A stretch of 63,733 nucleotides of DNA, the filler included, from Nemertoderma westbladi (taxonomy: Eukaryota > Animalia > Xenacoelomorpha), in assembly GCA_032718475.1 (NCBI GenBank). It is 3 parts of 3 records of this genome, joined end to end, with 100 filler letters (N's around TTAATTAATTAA, not from the genome) between each part and the next. Parts side by side here need not be neighbours in the genome. Positions count along the whole stretch, not along the records: positions 1 to 28,238 come from JAUCBJ010001173.1; positions 28,339 to 48,830 come from JAUCBJ010004299.1; 1 more part is not named here. One strand, given 5' to 3'. The position numbers and the translations under genes are program-made. Below, piece by piece: positions 22,828 through 35,793 of the stretch. The notes under the pieces are model-generated. The model had not been told where the DNA came from and made no database searches. It saw only the letters and a list, made by a program, of their open reading frames with translations. Numbering within the stretch: the first letter of the stretch is position 1; each line of letters starts with the position of its first letter.

Positions 22828-23149
22828 TGTAAGCGGTGATTAAAATAATTTGGTTATTCTCTAATTTTATTATTTGTACTTTATTTTAATTACTTTATTG
22901 TTATCGAAACTTTTAGGTAGTGTTTTAGACACGAAAAGGAATTAGGGAAGTAATGAATGGAGATTCGGGTCTCCCTAAGACCCGGTCCTGTCCCTGTCCC
23001 CGGTCCCCAAGACACCTAAAACCCGGTCCGCCGGTCCCAATGAAAGTCTACGTGGAATTCATCCAGAAAAAAGGACCGGGGAAATCCCGGTCGGTGCTGA
23101 CCCCTAAGAGTCGACCCCTTAAAAGCCGGCCCATGCTTGGATGAAAAAA

Positions 23150-25208
23150 TATTCGAGCACCGAATGCAGACTGGACAGACTGATGAGGTTCTGATTAAGG
23201 ACATGGAGGGCGGTTGGCGACTCGCCCTCGCATCACCAGATGATAGTGGCAATGGTGGAATTGGTCTATTGATGAATCCAACTGCACATGCAGCATTGGA
23301 CAAAATAGACCAAATCTCTAACCGCATCATCCGTTGCAACTTCTCATGTTCTGGAAGACTGGCTAAGACGTTTCCTAAGGTGGTTCTGATTGTGTGCTAC
23401 TCTCCAACTAGTGTTGCCCCTGTAGAGGAGGTGGAAAATTTCCACCACAATCTTCAAGCAGCTACTGATGGAGTGGATCAGGATGCATTCTTAACATTCC
23501 TGGTAGATTTTAATGCAAGTCTGCATCATTCACCTACATCGCCCTGGGTCTATAGCAATAGTGTTAACCGAAATTCCGTCCATCTTCAGGATTTTATCTC
23601 TGGAAATGGATTGTTTTCGGCTGGAACCCAGTTCAAGAAGCGAACTGGAAAGCTATGGACTCATAGTGGACCCAGTGGTCACAATTCCCAGATAGACCAT
23701 ATTCTGTTTCGTAGGAAATACAGGAGCTCTATGAAAGACTGTAATGCATTTACACTTCGACCCTTCTCCAGTGATCACCGCCTTATTGTGGCCAAGGTAA
23801 AACTTAGTCTGCGTGGTAGCAGAACAACAAAATCTGCCTTGCCGCGGCATGACTGGTCCTCTCTGTTGCAACAGCCAAGTGTGAGATCCACCTTCACACT
23901 ATAGCTGAGCAACAGGTATGAGGTTCTTGCCTCTGAGGCGGCAGATCACTGCGAGGGCTATACTGCCTTCACAGAAGCAGTTTGTGTCTACTGTTGACGG
24001 TGACACAGAACCATTTGAAGTGTTATGCCTCCAGGAAGACACACTTGCACCATTCTTGTTCATAATTGTGGTTGACTATGTTCTGCGCATGTCCTTAGAT
24101 CATCATTATGATGATTGGGTGATGGTAACTCAACCTACTGGCTCCAAAAGTCGTAGAAATCATGCCAAGTACCTAACTAATCCAGACTTTGCTGATGACT
24201 TGGGAGTACTCTTGGAGTCACTAGAGGGAGCCCAACTAGTGTTGGACTTTTTGTTAACTCCAAAAAGACCAAAACTTTTACAGTTAACTTTAAAAGTTCT
24301 CAGCAAGTCTCTGTCCGGATGAGCAAAACCTCAAAGGATGGTGTGCTTTAGCATGTGAACGACTTCTGTTACCTGAGATCATGGATCCGGAAGTCAGATG
24401 TGGACCTTCGGATACGCAAGGGAAAGGCATGGGCAGCATTGAATGGGCTTTCCAAGATTTAGAAGTCACACAGAATTCATCGGAAACTTAAGGTCCAATT
24501 ATTTAGAGCAGTAGTTCCAGTACTCCTCTATGTAAGTCCTTGCTGGGCTCTAACTGCTGAGGACAACAAATCTTTGGATGGCACATTCACATGAATGCTA
24601 CGTCGGGTTTACTGTGTCAAGTACAATGCAAACATCTCCAACCAGACACTATATAACATTGGAGGTATCTCATTGGTTCTCCCAAGCTTGACACTAGAAC
24701 AAAATCGCCTCCGCTTTGCAGGACATTGTTTTCGCCGTGAGGACCAGCCTGTGCACAATCTTGTGCTTCTGCACCCCCCATGGCGATAAGCATGGTGGAC
24801 AGCCCATGACTTTCTTGAGACGCATCTTAAAGGACACTGGCCTTGAAGATGCGGATGATCTAGCAAATGTCATGGGTGATAGGGAGTTGTGGCGGCGCAA
24901 TTTTATGTTCTTGCACCCCCCATGGCGATAAGCACGGTCGACAGCCCATGACGTTTGTGAGATGCCTCTTAAAGGACACTTGCCTTGAAGATGCGGATAG
25001 TTTTGCGAAAGTCATGGGGGATAGGGAGTTTGTGGCGTTGCAACTGTGTTGACAAGCCGGCATAGCATTATTAATGCACGCTGCATTGGGCTTGCCAATT
25101 GTGGATTGAATGGTAGTGACAAAATGTTTTTGTCAAGCTGGCATAGCATTTCAATGTGCAGTTTCAATGCAGCAGGCCGATTATAGTAGTAGTAGTAGTT
25201 TTAGTAGT
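23150..25208 (+). mobile_element. RTE-clade non-LTR retrotransposon, internally deleted and degraded
   Basis: APE (EHR, GGIGLL, CYSPT, DFNA, QIDHIL, SDHRL), jump near 23975 to RT (QEDTLAPFLF, DFADDL), duplicated 3' segment and (tag)n tail; homologous to 37796-38424 and 59405-61105. Confidence 0.9.
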
Positions 25209-25576
25209 GTCGTTTCATCAAGATTCTCCAAGAATAGCTCAAGATCGGAATCGACAGTACCAGTTATAGCAATAGTATAAGCAGCTAGCTCTCCACCCAG
25301 TTTGGATTTTCAGTTTGTTTAGTTAACATCAGTGATGTTGGGAGTCCGTCTATAACTAGAGCAACCAAAAAAAAAAGAGCTTCCCATTTCCATTTGTATT
25401 TGCCATCCTTTTAAGTTTAACAGCCACAACACTCCCGGGATCTTCAGCAAGGATTTGATAACGATTATATCAGAAAATGGAAAGTCACAGCAGTTATGGT
25501 CATCCAGTGCTTTGGCACAGACATACACAGACATTTGGAAAACGACCCCAGAATAATTATAACCGTTCGATAATGG

Positions 25577-25644
25577 CTTGCAGTTCTGCCTCTCCCCAGA
25601 AGTTAAAGTGTTCTTTAACTTCTGGGGAGAGGCAGAACTGCAAG
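25577..25644. repeat. Perfect 32-bp inverted repeat with a 4-nt loop
   Basis: cttgcagttctgcctctccccagaagttaaag-tgtt-ctttaacttctggggagaggcagaactgcaag. Confidence 0.97.
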
Positions 25645-25875
25645 TTGTTACAAGTTATTTCACTTTCACCAAACACTTTGTTACAAGTTATTTCACTTTC
25701 ACCAAACACTTTGTTACAAGTTATTTCACTTTCACCAAACACTTTGTTACAAGTTATTTCACTTTCACCAAACACTTTGTTACAAGTTATTTCACTTTCA
25801 CCAAACACTTTGTTACAAGTTATTTCACTTTCACCAAACACTTTGTTACAAGTTATTTCACTTTCACCAAACACT
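25645..25875. repeat. 33-bp minisatellite, 7 units
   Basis: ttgttacaagttatttcactttcaccaaacact repeated exactly. Confidence 0.97.
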
Positions 25876-26127
25876 ACATATTGTGTTCTAGAACACAATA
25901 TTAGCTAATTTCATAAACAAAAACAAAAACATATCTACTAATGTTCTAGAACACAAACAAATTGCAGTATTTTTTAGAAATTCCTAAAAAAATGTTAATA
26001 TATAATAAATCATGTTTTGAAAAATTACTAGCAAGTCGATTAGCTAATGTTCTACAACACAATATTTTTTTTATGTTGCAATGAAGTCAGTCATCAGTGG
26101 TGATATTACTATGCAAAAAGTACATCA

Positions 26128-26701
26128 TTTAATTAATTGGTACTTTTGTACTTTACCCCCCCCCCCCCCCCCCAACCACCCAGATTTTTTGCATGTCCAT
26201 TTTTTGCTGTTTTTTTCTATTGGATGTTGTTCCCCAACACTTCATGAATCCATTAGAAAAAAAATTTTGTTCTAGAACACTAGCTATTATTGCTATTTTA
26301 TTTAGGCATAGTTCTGAAATATCAATGTTCTCACATTTTGATTTTATAATTTAAACAAAATACTTAGCTAGTAAAACAAACCACTAGCTACCTTAATAAA
26401 TAATATCTTGTAAATGTTCACAAACACTTATCCAATAGGCCTAACAAAAATAGAAAAAATACCGTACTTTTAAAATTTCAAAAAATACTAGCTAGTAAAA
26501 AAAAACACAAGCTATAGTACCATAAAAAAATATATCTACTTATGTTCTAGAGATATATGTTCTACAGTATGAGATATTTAAATACAGTTTTCTAGAATCA
26601 ATATCAAATTTACAAGAATTCACAAAATAGTGAGTGGAAAAATCTGTGGGGAGGGGGGGGGGGGGGGGGGTGGTAAAGTAAAAAAAGTACCAATTAATTA
26701 A
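26128..26701. repeat. Degenerate fold-back/MITE-like element
   Basis: About 65-bp inverted arms (ttaattaattggtactt..(c)n..cagattttt at 26128-26190; inverse at 26636-26701); recurrent ttctagaaca motifs; related sequence at about 48370-48790. Confidence 0.5.
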
Positions 26702-27699
26702 TATCAAAATATCAAATGCGCCTGCATACTGAACTCTGGCCGATAATATTGACCATTTCTTATATTTGTATGTTTTGTTCACGATTCACGAACATTTTCG
26801 CTATTATATACCAAATTTCTAGAATGTTCTACACAGAAAAAATTATGGAACATTTTTGTATACCAGTAAACATGTTCTAGAACAACAATTTAAAAATAAC
26901 AAAAACTAGCTTGCTAATATATTAATTTTGAACTATTTTAAAAAATGTAATATAATTATAAAAATAATAGTTAACATATTGACGAACATACTGTACTATA
27001 GCTATTATAAAAAAATACCTTATATTAGGTAATTTCCTACATTAGGTAAAAGAAATAGTTAATAATACACTCTGTTATTAATAGTAACCAAGACAGCGTG
27101 AGCAATAAATAAATAGGTGGATTACTTACGGCTCATCCATAGACGAGCGCAATCCAGAAAATTAACAATAAAATATATTTATTAAATACTTAACTTAAAA
27201 TATATTTATTCAAAAATTTTAACATTACTCAATACTCAACGCCGATAGTATTAACAGCGAGTTGTTATTTAGAACTTTACAATTTTAGATGACATTAAAG
27301 CATTGTATTGTATTTGGTGTTATTGTTTACGTGGTAACCCATGACGCCGTTAAGTAATGTCCACTAATGCGACATTACTTAACGCCGTCATTGGATACCA
27401 CGTAAATAATAGGTGGAAATACGCCTGACAGCCAGATATGCCTACTGCATTACCTGCCGGTAGGCGGGGTATAGCTATTAATAACCAGTTGGACCTAGCT
27501 ATATTATTATAATAACATGGTTCCAAACGCCACCATAAATATAAGCTAACTTATTTATAACATAATTTATGTCATTTTTACATTTATTTATACAGCAACT
27601 AATATAATTTGTGTAGTTTCTATCACTTATAAATGTATGTACACCAATAAAGGAGATATACAAATGTACATAATGTAAAATAATGCCGCCGTAAAATGC

Positions 27700-28238
27700 T
27701 TCTTTTCCTCAATTGGTAAAGTGGCAACGTTTATTGTGGCAACGAAAAGCCCGCCTCTGTAACCTGGCCCTTTCCTCAAATACATAAAGTTTATTGTTTT
27801 GGTTATAATAACCCTTCTATGTAACCTGCTTCTTTCCCCCCAGGTAAATTGATCGTTTATTGTTTTGGTTAGAAAAGCCCGCCTCGGAACCTGTTCCTTT
27901 GCCTCAATAGGTAAAGTGATTGTTATTGTTTTGGTTAGAATAACCAGTCTATGTAACCTGCTCCGTTCCCTCAATTGGCTGATTGGGTAAGGTGCTCGTT
28001 TATTGTTTTGGTTATAAAAGCCTGCCTCTGAGAACCTCCTCCTTTGCTTCAATGGGTAAAGTGGTCGTTTATTGTTTTGGGTAGAAAACCCGCCTCTGTA
28101 ACCTGCTCCTTTCCCTCAATTGGTAATGTTATCGTTTATTGTTTTGGTTAGAAAAGACCACCTTTGTAACCTGCTCCTTTCCTTCATTTGGTAAAGTGAC
28201 TGTTTATTGTTTTCGTTAGAAAATCCCGCATCTGTATC
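27700..28238. repeat. Diverged tandem repeat, unit about 65-70 bp
   Basis: Recurrent gtttattgttttggttagaaaa..ctgtaacctgctc..ctcaattggtaaagt running into the gap. Confidence 0.85.
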
Positions 28239-28338
28239 NNNNNNNNNNNNNNNNNNNNNNNNNNNNNNNNNNNNNNNNNNNNTTAATTAATTAANNNNNN
28301 NNNNNNNNNNNNNNNNNNNNNNNNNNNNNNNNNNNNNN
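28239..28338. other. Assembly gap with TTAATTAATTAA linker
   Basis: 100-bp N run with a central 12-mer giving stops in all six frames; same as 48831-48930. Confidence 0.97.
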
Positions 28339-28521
28339 CATATGATTGGAATTTGAAAAACATTAGTAGGGGGTGGGGGGGGGGGGGGGGGATTAGTCAC
28401 TTATATTAGTCACTTAATCTTGAGGTCAAGGGTTCTAATCCCAGAAAAAGAAAAGTAATTTATTTTTTTTAATTATTTTTTCCGATTACACAAAAGATTA
28501 ATAAGAATAAACAAATCAATT

Positions 28522-29870
28522 TTAGTAATTAAAAATAGTATTGGTGATCGGAGTTGGTCGTCGTTCCTGGTGTGTTTGTATATTCATGGTCAGGGTTCTG
28601 TCTTGATGAATTACTGGTTCGTTGGCACCGGCGAGGCATCGCGCAATGAAATTTCTTTCCAAGTTGCATGGTTTCGAAACACCGAATAAGTTTCTTGATG
28701 TTTTACTTCTTTTTTTTTTTAGTTGTATAGATCGTCGTCGTTGTAATAAAGATTTTTTATTTGCGGGTGATTTAGTAGGTTTTGGAAGCTGGGGCTTAGA
28801 TGTTAATGCTGTAATGAATGGAGTTAATAATTTCGTTTTAGTGTGCAAGGCTTGTAGTACTTCAGTATCTTCAATTACCTCTAGTTGTCCTAAAACACAA
28901 AGTAAGTGGCCACGGATTTTATCCTTAATTGTATTTGTAGGTTTAGAACCTTCAATAATAATTGAGGAAGTCGCTTCCAAAATTATATCTGTCTCACTTG
29001 CCGGTGCTTGTACAACCTCCTCATTTGAAAATTGTAGATCGATTGACGGTATCAATTCGGTCTCTTCAACTGAAGCCAATGGGTTAGAACTGTTAGCATT
29101 AGTTTCACATGGTTGCTCATCGGCAACAGAAAGAAGCTCTGCATTACTCAGAAGATTACTGGGACGGTCAGAATGTAAAAATCGATCTCAAATCTAAAAA
29201 TCGAATCTAATACGTCGCCCATAGACACACCAGCAGATAGTTTACCAGCAACCTCGACCCTCTGCTCCGTTGTTAACCTTAAGTGACAAAGATCGTCTTC
29301 ATGCCCAGCGTGATTTGGGCGAAACATTACCTCAACAACACCTGATTTATAAAACTTGGCTGTAAGACCAGAAGGGCACACAGAATTAATTTTTACAGAT
29401 CCCTGAATCTTCAGTTCCTTTTTTAAACTCCCATTACTCTCATAATATCCGCTTCTATAGCAGACGAAATATCGTATTTCGGTTTCACTGAAAACTTTTG
29501 GACCAGTTCTCGCAACGTAACGCTGGTTCGTTTTGGCTTCTTCATCAGACTTCCATTTAAAAAAATCTTCCTTGCCGTTAAACGTTAATTTCTTAGCATC
29601 AGGTGGAATAATTTCTATATGGCTATTGTCTCCATGTTTATTTCGTTGATGTACATATAAGTTACTCTTCTTGGTGAACGTGGTACCACACACCATGCAG
29701 TCTATTACTGCCGATGGCGACGAGTCATCTTCGCTTCCTTCGCATTTCCTCTTACGACCTCTAACGGTAACAACTTCTTGATCGTGAACAGTTTTACGAT
29801 GTTTGTTTAAATTACCGACACATGAAAATAATTTGTCACAAATACTACAGGATGTGGATGAGTCTTCCAT
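28522..29870 (-). mobile_element. Internally deleted Mutator-like (MULE) transposase remnant
   Basis: Two C2H2 fingers, then FFKWKSDEE..YFVCYRSGYY..LKIQGSVKINSVCP..HAGH..DLCHLRL (MULE N-terminal DNA-binding region) and C-terminal PANKK..QRR; no DDE core between. Confidence 0.6.
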
Positions 29871-30363
29871 TCAATATTAAAAGTTGTCGATGACAATAAC
29901 ACTGAAATACATTTATTGTTATAATACAAATACCTAACTGCCTAAATGTGTTAGTGTCTAACTCAACTGGCGATAGTAGTCAACTATTACATTTAAATTT
30001 CCCTCCATGGAATCATTCAGTCAATGTTCCTTCCGGGACCCGCTTGTCTCTTATTCCCCGAAGCTCCCGTCCAACACAGAGGATGAGCAGTGAGATAGGA
30101 AATTCAGTTCAGTAGCGCTGGGATAGGTCGAAATCAACGCCCACGCAAATTCTATTGGCCGACACGGACAGCAAGGCTTAGGCAACCTCCCTACACTGGT
30201 TGGCCGATTAAACTGAGCCCAGATATCTCCACACAGCACATCAGCCAATAAGCTGGTAGCTTGCACTATTTTAGTTATAAATCCCTTTGAGAGTATTCTA
30301 GCGACCGGGGGGGAACTGGCCAGCAAAGGCAAACGTATCAGTTATCCCACAAAAGCTTTTACA

Positions 30364-30942
30364 GGTGGGGTTGTAGTGCGGCGGCACAATGAGGTCCGAG
30401 ATGCTCATGGGGACCTTGTTGCATTAGCATACACAGAAGTGCAGCGGGAACCAGTGGTAAGGGAGGCGAATTTTGAAAATGGGGACCCTGGATTAAGGGC
30501 AGCTTTCCGGATCCGTGGAAAGTGGCAACCACAGACCGAGGCGTTGCTTGATTTTAAGGTAATGAACCTTGACGCATGATCATACATAGTCCGCAGTACA
30601 CTAGTACAGCTGCAGTTCTTGCCGAATCAGAAGAAATCAACTCACGTAAATATAGAAATGCCTGTGAAGAAAGGAGGGCTTCCTTTACTCCCATGGTGTA
30701 CACGATAGCTGGTGTTGCTGGAAGAGAGGCACAATCTTCGCACAAAGATTTCTAAAGAATCTAGGGGGTTGACTGGTTACAAAATGGGGCAAAGGCTATG
30801 GGGAGGTTATGGGATGGGTAAGGGGTCATCTTCAATTCGCTATTATTCGGGCTACAGGTCACTGTCTTAGGCGGTCTAGATCCAAATGACGAAGTGGTTT
30901 AGGACTAGAGGATGCTGCAGGGATGAGACTGTCAATGAAGTA
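30364..30942 (+). mobile_element. 3' fragment of a CRE-like non-LTR retrotransposon (restriction-like endonuclease region)
   Basis: RRHNEVRD..IRGKWQ..LDFKVMNLDA..KYRNACEERRASFTPMV..KWGKGYGEVMGWVR..FAIIRATGHCLRRSR, with stops and frameshifts. Confidence 0.7.
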
Positions 30943-31799
30943 ATTCGGGCTTGGTTTCCGAAGTAATGGTTTACTGCACTGAAGCAGTCAATAACCTAAT
31001 AACTCATTGAATTAATTTATGCGAACCTATATACAGTAGTTACTATTATAATATAATATATCACCGTTTACTTACGATTAGAAATGGCTTAAAAATAATT
31101 AAATTGAATGTATTTTCAATATGAATTATAAAAATGGTGGATAATTGAAAAATTATACAGTAAGCCTATAATAACCTTTGATTCAAATATATATTAATTG
31201 AGTGTCATTAGCATGATGCCCGCGTTACGTACCCACATGTTCTTATTGGCAACTACAGTATAATCGAAGTGTCAGAAATTAGCTATGAAGAACAAAACAA
31301 TAAATACATAACAAATAATTAAATAGTTCTTGCGCATTAAGATATAGGTACTTAACGTTTTTGAGAGGTAGGCCTACTTAAAATTATTATCTGAGCGAAT
31401 AATAAGTTTAAAATTAATATTATGTTAATAACAGCATAGTATAATAATAACAAATATATATAATAATAATAATAACATAAATGTCTGGAATGTTTCAAGG
31501 ACTTGCCGTGACTAATCCACTTTATGTACTGTGTGTAGATAAGCGGTGCAGTTTAAACGCAAACCAATAGGTACTTACTAAATACTAAAGTCCACTTGGA
31601 TAAATTGTTTCCTGTTTCTCACATGACACTGTGGAACTGAGTTTGAGAGTTTTTGACTAACGGTACCGCCCACATTATAACATAGAATGGGGCGAGTTAT
31701 AATTATAACCCATCTGTCTTTAGACTGGGTAGTTTTGCTACCCACCCCTCCAACTACCCAGTCAGGCCGGCAAAAACACGATGTATGTATGTTGGGGTG

Positions 31800-31919
31800 T
31801 ATGTATGTATGTATGTATGTATGTATGTATGTATGTATGTATGTATGTATGTATGTATGTATGTATGTATGTATGTATGTATGTATGTATGTATGTATGT
31901 ATGTATGTATGTATGTATG

Positions 31920-31948
<29 letters not shown>
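31800..31948. repeat. (ATGT)n microsatellite
   Basis: Perfect tetranucleotide run. Confidence 0.99.
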
Positions 31949-31951
<3 letters not shown>

Positions 31952-34030
31952 ACGTTATATATGTATGTAGGTATGTATATTTATATGTTTGTTTATATCT
32001 ATAAACCACCAATTGTCTTGAAACCATGTATTGAAAAATTGTAAACGCAATTATTTATCAATTGTTATCTACAGTAGTTGTTGAATAAAAAAATGTTGGT
32101 TACGGTTCGATGTACGATATTATAAATATTTGAAAATTATCAACATTATTGAACGCGAAATTAAATACCCACAACTACACTTTGAGCAGCCCATTAATAG
32201 AGTCAATGTAAAACCAGAACTACTGTACAATCACAACAGATGACCAACTTCACTAATAATTGTCAATTAGAGTTACGTAGGGCCTACATTAACTAATGTT
32301 CTATCAGTATTCAGTCAGTTAGAGTAGGCCCTACTGTTAAGCAGTATGTAGGCCTACATCATTTATATATCGTCTCTAAACCTGGGTCCAGAAAATTGAA
32401 CCAGGGTGAATGTATAAGGTAGAAATATAATAACTCTTCTTTATTTTATTTATCTAATACAGTAAGACCCCTTCGCAGGATAAACTGCTCTTTGGGGCCG
32501 TTTCCTAGGTTGCGGAGCTGATGGGGATAACATTTCACACATCGCACTAATTGTGATTGTGATTTTTTTGCTTAGGCCATTTTGTATTACTAGACATTAA
32601 GACAGTTGGTTTGGTTGATGCAAGTCATTCTGTTTTTTGGAGGCTGTGGAAGACAGGTTCATTTAAAGCCCTCTAGATGGCGTTCTAGTACACTGTACAT
32701 TGGGTCGTATTCAAAATTACTGTGTCTGGCATAATATGCATCAGAAATCCAAAAAATTTTGTCAAGACGCTACCCATAGAAACAGAGGGCTTTTTACACC
32801 TATCGAACTCCAGAGTAGCATTAAAAACATGTCCAACCATAAAGCGAATAGGTTAGATTAAATCCCTTCCGAGGTACGGAAAACAGGAGCTCTGAACCGA
32901 CCATTATTGGTTGTTTGCAGCAGGATGTTGAAAGGGGAAAAGCTACTGTTTCAATTTGGACTAAAAGTCAACTAAAACCCACCCCGTACGCTATTTATCT
33001 AGGGTTGGGGGGGGGGGGGGGGGGGGGGGGCTCCGCCCTCCACTCGTAGGGGCTGATGACAAAGATTAGCATGGCGGCTTTGCTCTGGTTGTGTGGGGAG
33101 GGGGGGGGGGGTGTACCTTTCTTAGATATAATTTAGATATTTAATATTTAAATAATAGATATTTAATATTTAAATAATAGATATTTCTTAGATCATAAAT
33201 ATCTCTACTCTCTTTTGAGTTCACAAATACAGTATATCCACCATGTTAGGCGTATGATATGGAAAATATATATAGTATATTTAATTTTATAGATTTCATA
33301 GATAAAAATTTGTAATTACATATTTATTGATAATAAGTTATATTAGTTATAATATGCATTAATCTGAATCGATTAATGATCTGAAGAGAGTTGTAAATAT
33401 TTTTAAGATCATTGCAGATCGATGCAGATATTTATGGCGCACTATAATTCTTAGAGTAGATCATAGGCCTACTGTAAGATCTAAATAAATTTAATTTTTT
33501 ATATACTTTATATTAAGATTGTTAAGATCAGACTATGATCATTGTCGATTTTAATTGACAAACATCTTAGAAGGGATACAGTATATACGGTAGTTCTGCA
33601 GTGAGGATTGTGGAAATCCAAAGATGGTAGATTATTGGGAATGTACAGATTCAGATACAGTACTAGCGCTGTGGAGGGAGATTGATTGAAGGAATTCAAT
33701 CAAAGAACCTTCCTGTTCTGATATTTGTGAACTTCAAGTGCTGCAAAATAGAGCAGCAAAATCCGGCAAATTCTACGACCTTTCGGTAAATTTTTAAATT
33801 AACATAGGGTCTAATGAATTACCGTACTAATAATGTACTAGGTCAGAGTCTGGCCACTCAGCTATTGCTGCATTGACCAATCTACCAATGCTGACCCTGA
33901 TAGTACTGCAGTATTCTGGTATTCTCAGAATTAGCAGACCAGAGTATCAATCAACCTTAATTCAGTAATTGTTAATACTGCAGTAGGCCTACTGCTATAG
34001 TAATAATATACCGGTAATAATTTCTTAATT

Positions 34031-34241
34031 ATGAGTTCCGGTCGAAAACAAACTCCTAGTGACTTCCTGAAGCAAATAGTCGGTCGCCCTGTCGTCGTTA
34101 AATTGAACTCAGGATCTGACTACCGCGGTGTATTGGCCTGTCTTGATGGCTATATGAATGTGGTTTTGGAGCAAACCGAAGAATATTTAAATGGGCAGCT
34201 GAAAAAGAAATATGGCGATGCGTTTATTCGCGGAAATAATG
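34031..34241 (+). CDS. LSM6: U6 snRNA-associated Sm-like protein LSm6, main coding exon (intron starts 34242)
   Basis: RKQTPSDFLKQIVGRPVVVKLNSG..YRGVLACLDGYMN..LEQTEEY.NGQLK.KYGDAFIRGNN matches LSm6; similarity ends at G|GTAAGT, a canonical donor. The final VLYIS exon was not found. Confidence 0.95.
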
Positions 34242-35750
34242 GTAAGTTAATGTTGCTCAGTTGCTACTGTTGTGTGGTAGTGCCGGTACGGCGGCACCGT
34301 ATTGAAGCTGTGAACAGGTGAAGTTGGAAATCTGTGACATAAATCAGCAATTGTGCAAGATGACAGAATGAGCAAAGTATTTAGCGTAACTGATGAACTG
34401 TCAACTACCGTTGCCGTTAGCTGACTGCAGGACTGGGGTGCGGTGCGGCTGTTTAAGTACCAGTACCGGTTAAGTCTAAGTCGGTTTAAAACCACGGGTC
34501 GGCGGTCGGGGTTAACTCTTAACTGTAAAAAGACGATACCGGTAGATATAGAAAAACACTGCTGCACTGGACTAATATTTTTCGATTTTTTTACTTTCAG
34601 TTTTGTATATAAGCACACAAAGGCGAAGAACTTAATGAAGGCTATAAGAATTTTGAAGATTAATTTCAAACCTAAAGTCGTTTCTGCTGGCGAGCTATAA
34701 TAATCTATATAAACCATGAGAACTGGAACTACCGGCAACCGTGAATATTGAACAAATGTTGAATATATTTATACTGATATATTCGAGTTTACTGACTGCT
34801 TCCAGTGGTATAGGTATTACTGATTAGACTGAAATTAGCATTATAAGTTTCGGTCTGTTATAGTTCATAACGTGAACCATAACTTTGCAATATTACATTC
34901 TATACTACACGTGATAATTAATTTTTCGTTGTTGAAATGTTGAGGATAGCTATTAGAATGCTATATAATTATTATAGTTGCTATAATATTATTACACCAT
35001 GTCCCGTAATATAGTGTCATTTTTTGATGACACGGACCCCCCCCCCCCCCCAGATTTTTCTACAAATCTTTATCATATTGTTTGAAATTTGAAACACAAC
35101 TAGTTCCACTCACCGTGGTTGTTACCATGAAGCCGGAATTTTCGATTTTGCCTGTAAATTTTTTTTATAAGTGTTTTAAAAACGTGTCTTTTCCGAAATC
35201 GCACCATCCGTGTCGTGGCCATTCTTCACATTAGTCGTAATTTTTTCATATTATTAGAAAGCTTGCCTTGCAAGGATTCCAAATATGTAACAATTTCTGA
35301 AATTCGTTGACGGAAATACGGAGCCCCTGATATGCCAGGAGAAAAAAAACGTCAAATATTTCGCGTTCCCTCGCGTAAGATTTCCCGTTTCCTCGCGTAA
35401 GATATTAGAAATTAAGACATAATTAAATATTACCCTTAAAAATAACCAAGTAAAGGTTATATGAATGCTAGACTTGGAAGTGATGGGGAAGAGGTACAGA
35501 TTAACACATTGATAGTAACAATGTGTTGGCAAGCTGTATTCTTCGAGGTGTTTGTTATTATATATTTATTATAGGAAGGAATCTAGGGGTCTTAACCTCG
35601 AATGATAAGTTTATTTTACCGAAAATAACTTATCTTTTATTGGTGCAATTGTAGGACTAATCCCATCACATGCGTACTTTTTAACCGGGTAGTGTACAAA
35701 TTTAGGAATCACGCAATTTTTCTTGAAATTAATATCTCATATCTCTCCAA

Positions 35751-35793
35751 ACCACGTACGCGTTTCGACCTTACTGGGTCTCATCAGCGTGGT
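35751..35793 (-). ncRNA. Minimal type I hammerhead ribozyme
   Basis: Minus strand ACCACG-CUGAUGA-GACC(CAGUAA)GGUC-GAAA-CGC-GUA^CGUGGU: stem I ACCACG/CGUGGU, full catalytic core, 4-bp stem II, minimal palindromic stem III, GUA cleavage triplet. Confidence 0.9.

Noticed and set aside
22950-23140. HDV-like ribozyme at the RTE 5' end
   Set aside because: Could not build the nested double pseudoknot; the RTE begins inside its endonuclease domain, so its true 5' end is missing.
23180-23215. Other CTGATGA motifs as hammerheads (also near 1962, 16181, 33055, 34390)
   Set aside because: No stem II followed by GAAA and no closing stems.
28410-28445. tRNA/SINE-like B box (ggttctaatccc)
   Set aside because: Too short and degenerate, and no A box is visible next to the gap.
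31578-32044. YIHT / MYVC repeat ORFs
   Set aside because: Translations of the (ATGT)n microsatellite.
32440-32950. Possible L2-like LINE 3' remnant on the minus strand
   Set aside because: Only faint, heavily interrupted similarity; not supportable by eye.
34242-34321. C-terminal extension of the 96-aa LSm6 ORF
   Set aside because: Read-through into the intron after the GTAAGT donor.
34995-35420. Possible Transib/Chapaev-like terminus (CACCATG...)
   Set aside because: No matching second TIR or TSD found.
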